Of a stretch of 64,000 nt of DNA, positions 62,101 through 64,000 are shown in pieces. Both the position numbers and the translations under genes were made by a program. Each line of letters starts with the position of its first letter. The stretch's first letter is position 1. Origin of the DNA: Camelus dromedarius (lineage: Eukaryota); the NCBI RefSeq assembly GCF_036321535.1, contig NC_087445.1, positions 36,208,001-36,272,000 of the forward strand, read 5' to 3'. A model generated the notes under the pieces. That model did no database searches and was not told where the DNA came from. It saw only the letters and a program-made list of their open reading frames with translations.

Positions 62101-62929
62101 CAAATTTCAGCTATAACAAGGAGAAGATAGAGAAGGATGCTACAGAAAAGTCAGAGAAAAATCAATATGCTTTCTTTGCTGCACTGCATTCTAGAAATGG
62201 CCCAAGGTGAACAGTCACCTGGTATTGGGCACTGAGTTTGACAACTATCCCTAACAGAGATATGTTTTCATGCATCTGGAAATAAATCCAAGGTCAACTT
62301 GGACTGATTAATCTCTTCCTCTAAAATACATTCAGGATACCACAAGAAGAGAGGCTTGAGGTAAAACTATGTGGTAGATACGAGAAAAGCTCTGTTTATG
62401 ATAGAATATAGTTACTGAATCTATAGTCAGACCAAGCTAAAACCTTTTGTTTACCAAACTCTTGTTACTGTTGAACACATAAAAGTAATGAGTAAATAAA
62501 TAAAGACAAGCCACAATCCCCCTAACAAACTCACAATTTAGATGGGGAAAATGCTGTTTAAATAATCAACTACAATAAAGTGTGGTAAGTTCTACTGTTC
62601 AAGCAGTATGAATAAGGACTCCCATAGGCGTGCAGAGGAGTAATGACTGCTTCCTAGAGCAAACAGGCTTCATGTGTGTGTCAGCAAAGACAACAATAAT
62701 GACATTAGACATGAACCTGACCTCAGCAAAAGCATGGAAGTAACGGAGTAGTACAACAGCAAAGTTCAAGAAAGGAACAGTGCGGGTTGTAGCTGGAATG
62801 TATACCAAATAGCTGGAAACTCAAAGTTTTCTAGGGTTCAAATAAATAGCAAAAAAGTAGCAAAGCAAATCTGATATGTAGCACATGACACTGCCTTAAC
62901 GTCTGAAGGACATGAGGAGGTTGTAGTCA

Positions 62930-63190
62930 ACTGGAACAGGCTTGCCTCGTCAAGAAAAGCAGAGGCTATGAGCCCTAACTGCTGCTGTGCAAAAATGGAT
63001 GCACCCAAGGCTTCTCATTTTTCAAGTGAAGACAGAAATCCAGATTTCCATCCTCATTTTAAAAGTTCATCCTGATTTGAAATGTTTATCCAACTAATTA
63101 AAAACAATTTTAAAAACATTATATAAAGCCAGAACGAAATATACATGTGGGCTGGCTTCAGGTTGGGGGCTGAGCGTCTACAACCTTTGA
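62930..63190 (-). mobile_element. hAT-Charlie-type MITE fragment (family uncertain)
   Basis: gaagacagaaatccagattt...caactaatt...aaaaacatt...atacatgtgggctgg...tctacaacctttg. Confidence 0.45.
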
Positions 63191-63773
63191 TGCTGAACAT
63201 AAAGCAGAAGAAAAAGCTGGTAATGTAGCCTGGAGATAGACTGTGAAGGCCCTTGGATACCATGCCAAGGAGTTTGACTCCACCTTGTCCCTATAGGCAT
63301 CACGAAATAAGAGGAGCAGATATATATTTTGGAAAAGCATCTTTCAAACTATGTTTCTAAGAAGCGTTGTTTGAAATGACTGGCTAGTGGCATGATGGAC
63401 TTGGATTACAGAACAGAGACTGAAAATGGAGATCAGCTATGAGGTAATATTTGTCCAGATGAGAAGTACGAAGTGGAGAGATAAGCGATAGCTCAGTGAT
63501 GGACTGAGAATGGGAGCTGAGAAAAAGAGGGAGAAGTAAAAGATGACGATGGAAGGGCAGACTAGAGACAGAGTGCGGGACAGGGCACTAGGCAGTCAGG
63601 GCTCCAATGCTGAGGACTTCTCTCTTGCTTTTTGTTTTTGCCATGGATTTTTCAAAACAATTTTTCTAAAATCAGAGTTCTAAAATCAACCTTCTCCCAA
63701 ACCAAATATGGCTATTACTACAGCAGAGTTTTAAAAAATATTAGTTTCTCTCTAGGTAATTAAACAGGGAGGC

Positions 63774-64000
63774 TGTGATGGTCTGTTCAGGTTAAACTAT
63801 GGTGAAACTTGACAGGCTCTGGGGTGCACAGATTAAACATTATTAAACACTATTTCTGACAGTGAGACTGTGAGGGTATTTCCAGATGAAAGTGACATTT
63901 GAATCTCTAGACTCAGTAGATTGCTCTCCCCACTGTGGACAAACATCATCCAAAATGTTGAGGACCTGAACTGAACAAAAGGAAGAATAAGGAAGAATTC
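63774..64000 (+). mobile_element. MLT2-type ERVL LTR, 5' part (cut by the window edge)
   Basis: tgtgatgg...aacttgacagg...aaacactatttctg...tgtgagggtatttccagatga...atttgaat...gattgctctccccactgtgg...catcatccaa. Confidence 0.85.

Noticed and set aside
1-64000. CRISPR arrays, operons or other prokaryote-type systems
   Set aside because: The window is spliceosomal mammalian DNA with no regularly spaced repeat-spacer arrays or dense gene clusters.

Overview
AT-rich mammalian genomic DNA, most likely a camelid (alpaca or camel), judged from a tRNA-Ala-derived SINE of the camelid type at 7066-7230. The only recognisable protein-coding sequence is the 3' part of PTAR1 on the minus strand: exons 3-8, with the stop codon at 36592-36594 and all splice junctions read directly from the sequence. 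PTAR1 is the alpha subunit of geranylgeranyltransferase III; its exons 1-2 lie beyond the right edge. A long, repeat-poor 3' UTR follows. A CpG island at about 12.06-13.37 kb with an interrupted CGG repeat is probably the promoter and first exon of APBA1 (X11alpha/Mint1, minus strand). That name rests on recalled human synteny only, because no APBA1 coding sequence is present; if it is right, 1-12.4 kb is APBA1 intron 1. The rest is mostly ancient L1, L2, MIR, hAT, Tc2 and ERVL repeats plus three N gaps. Almost all ORFs in the supplied track are non-coding noise. I found no CRISPR array, genuine RNA gene or demonstrably new biological system. The best leads are regulatory hypotheses: (1) an in-frame 81-nt exitron with a NAGNAG acceptor in PTAR1 that toggles an S-P-x-x-S-P peptide; (2) an intron-5 read-through that would give PTAR1 a 17-aa hydrophobic tail, with a candidate intronic poly(A) signal; (3) a strong-Kozak first ATG just after the CGG repeat in the putative APBA1 exon 1; (4) a strand-asymmetric RNA structure in the PTAR1 3' UTR; (5) a fossil Tc2/pogo transposase that the ORF track misses. 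Repeat family names come from recalled consensus sequences, and repeat boundaries are approximate unless a TSD or TIR is cited.
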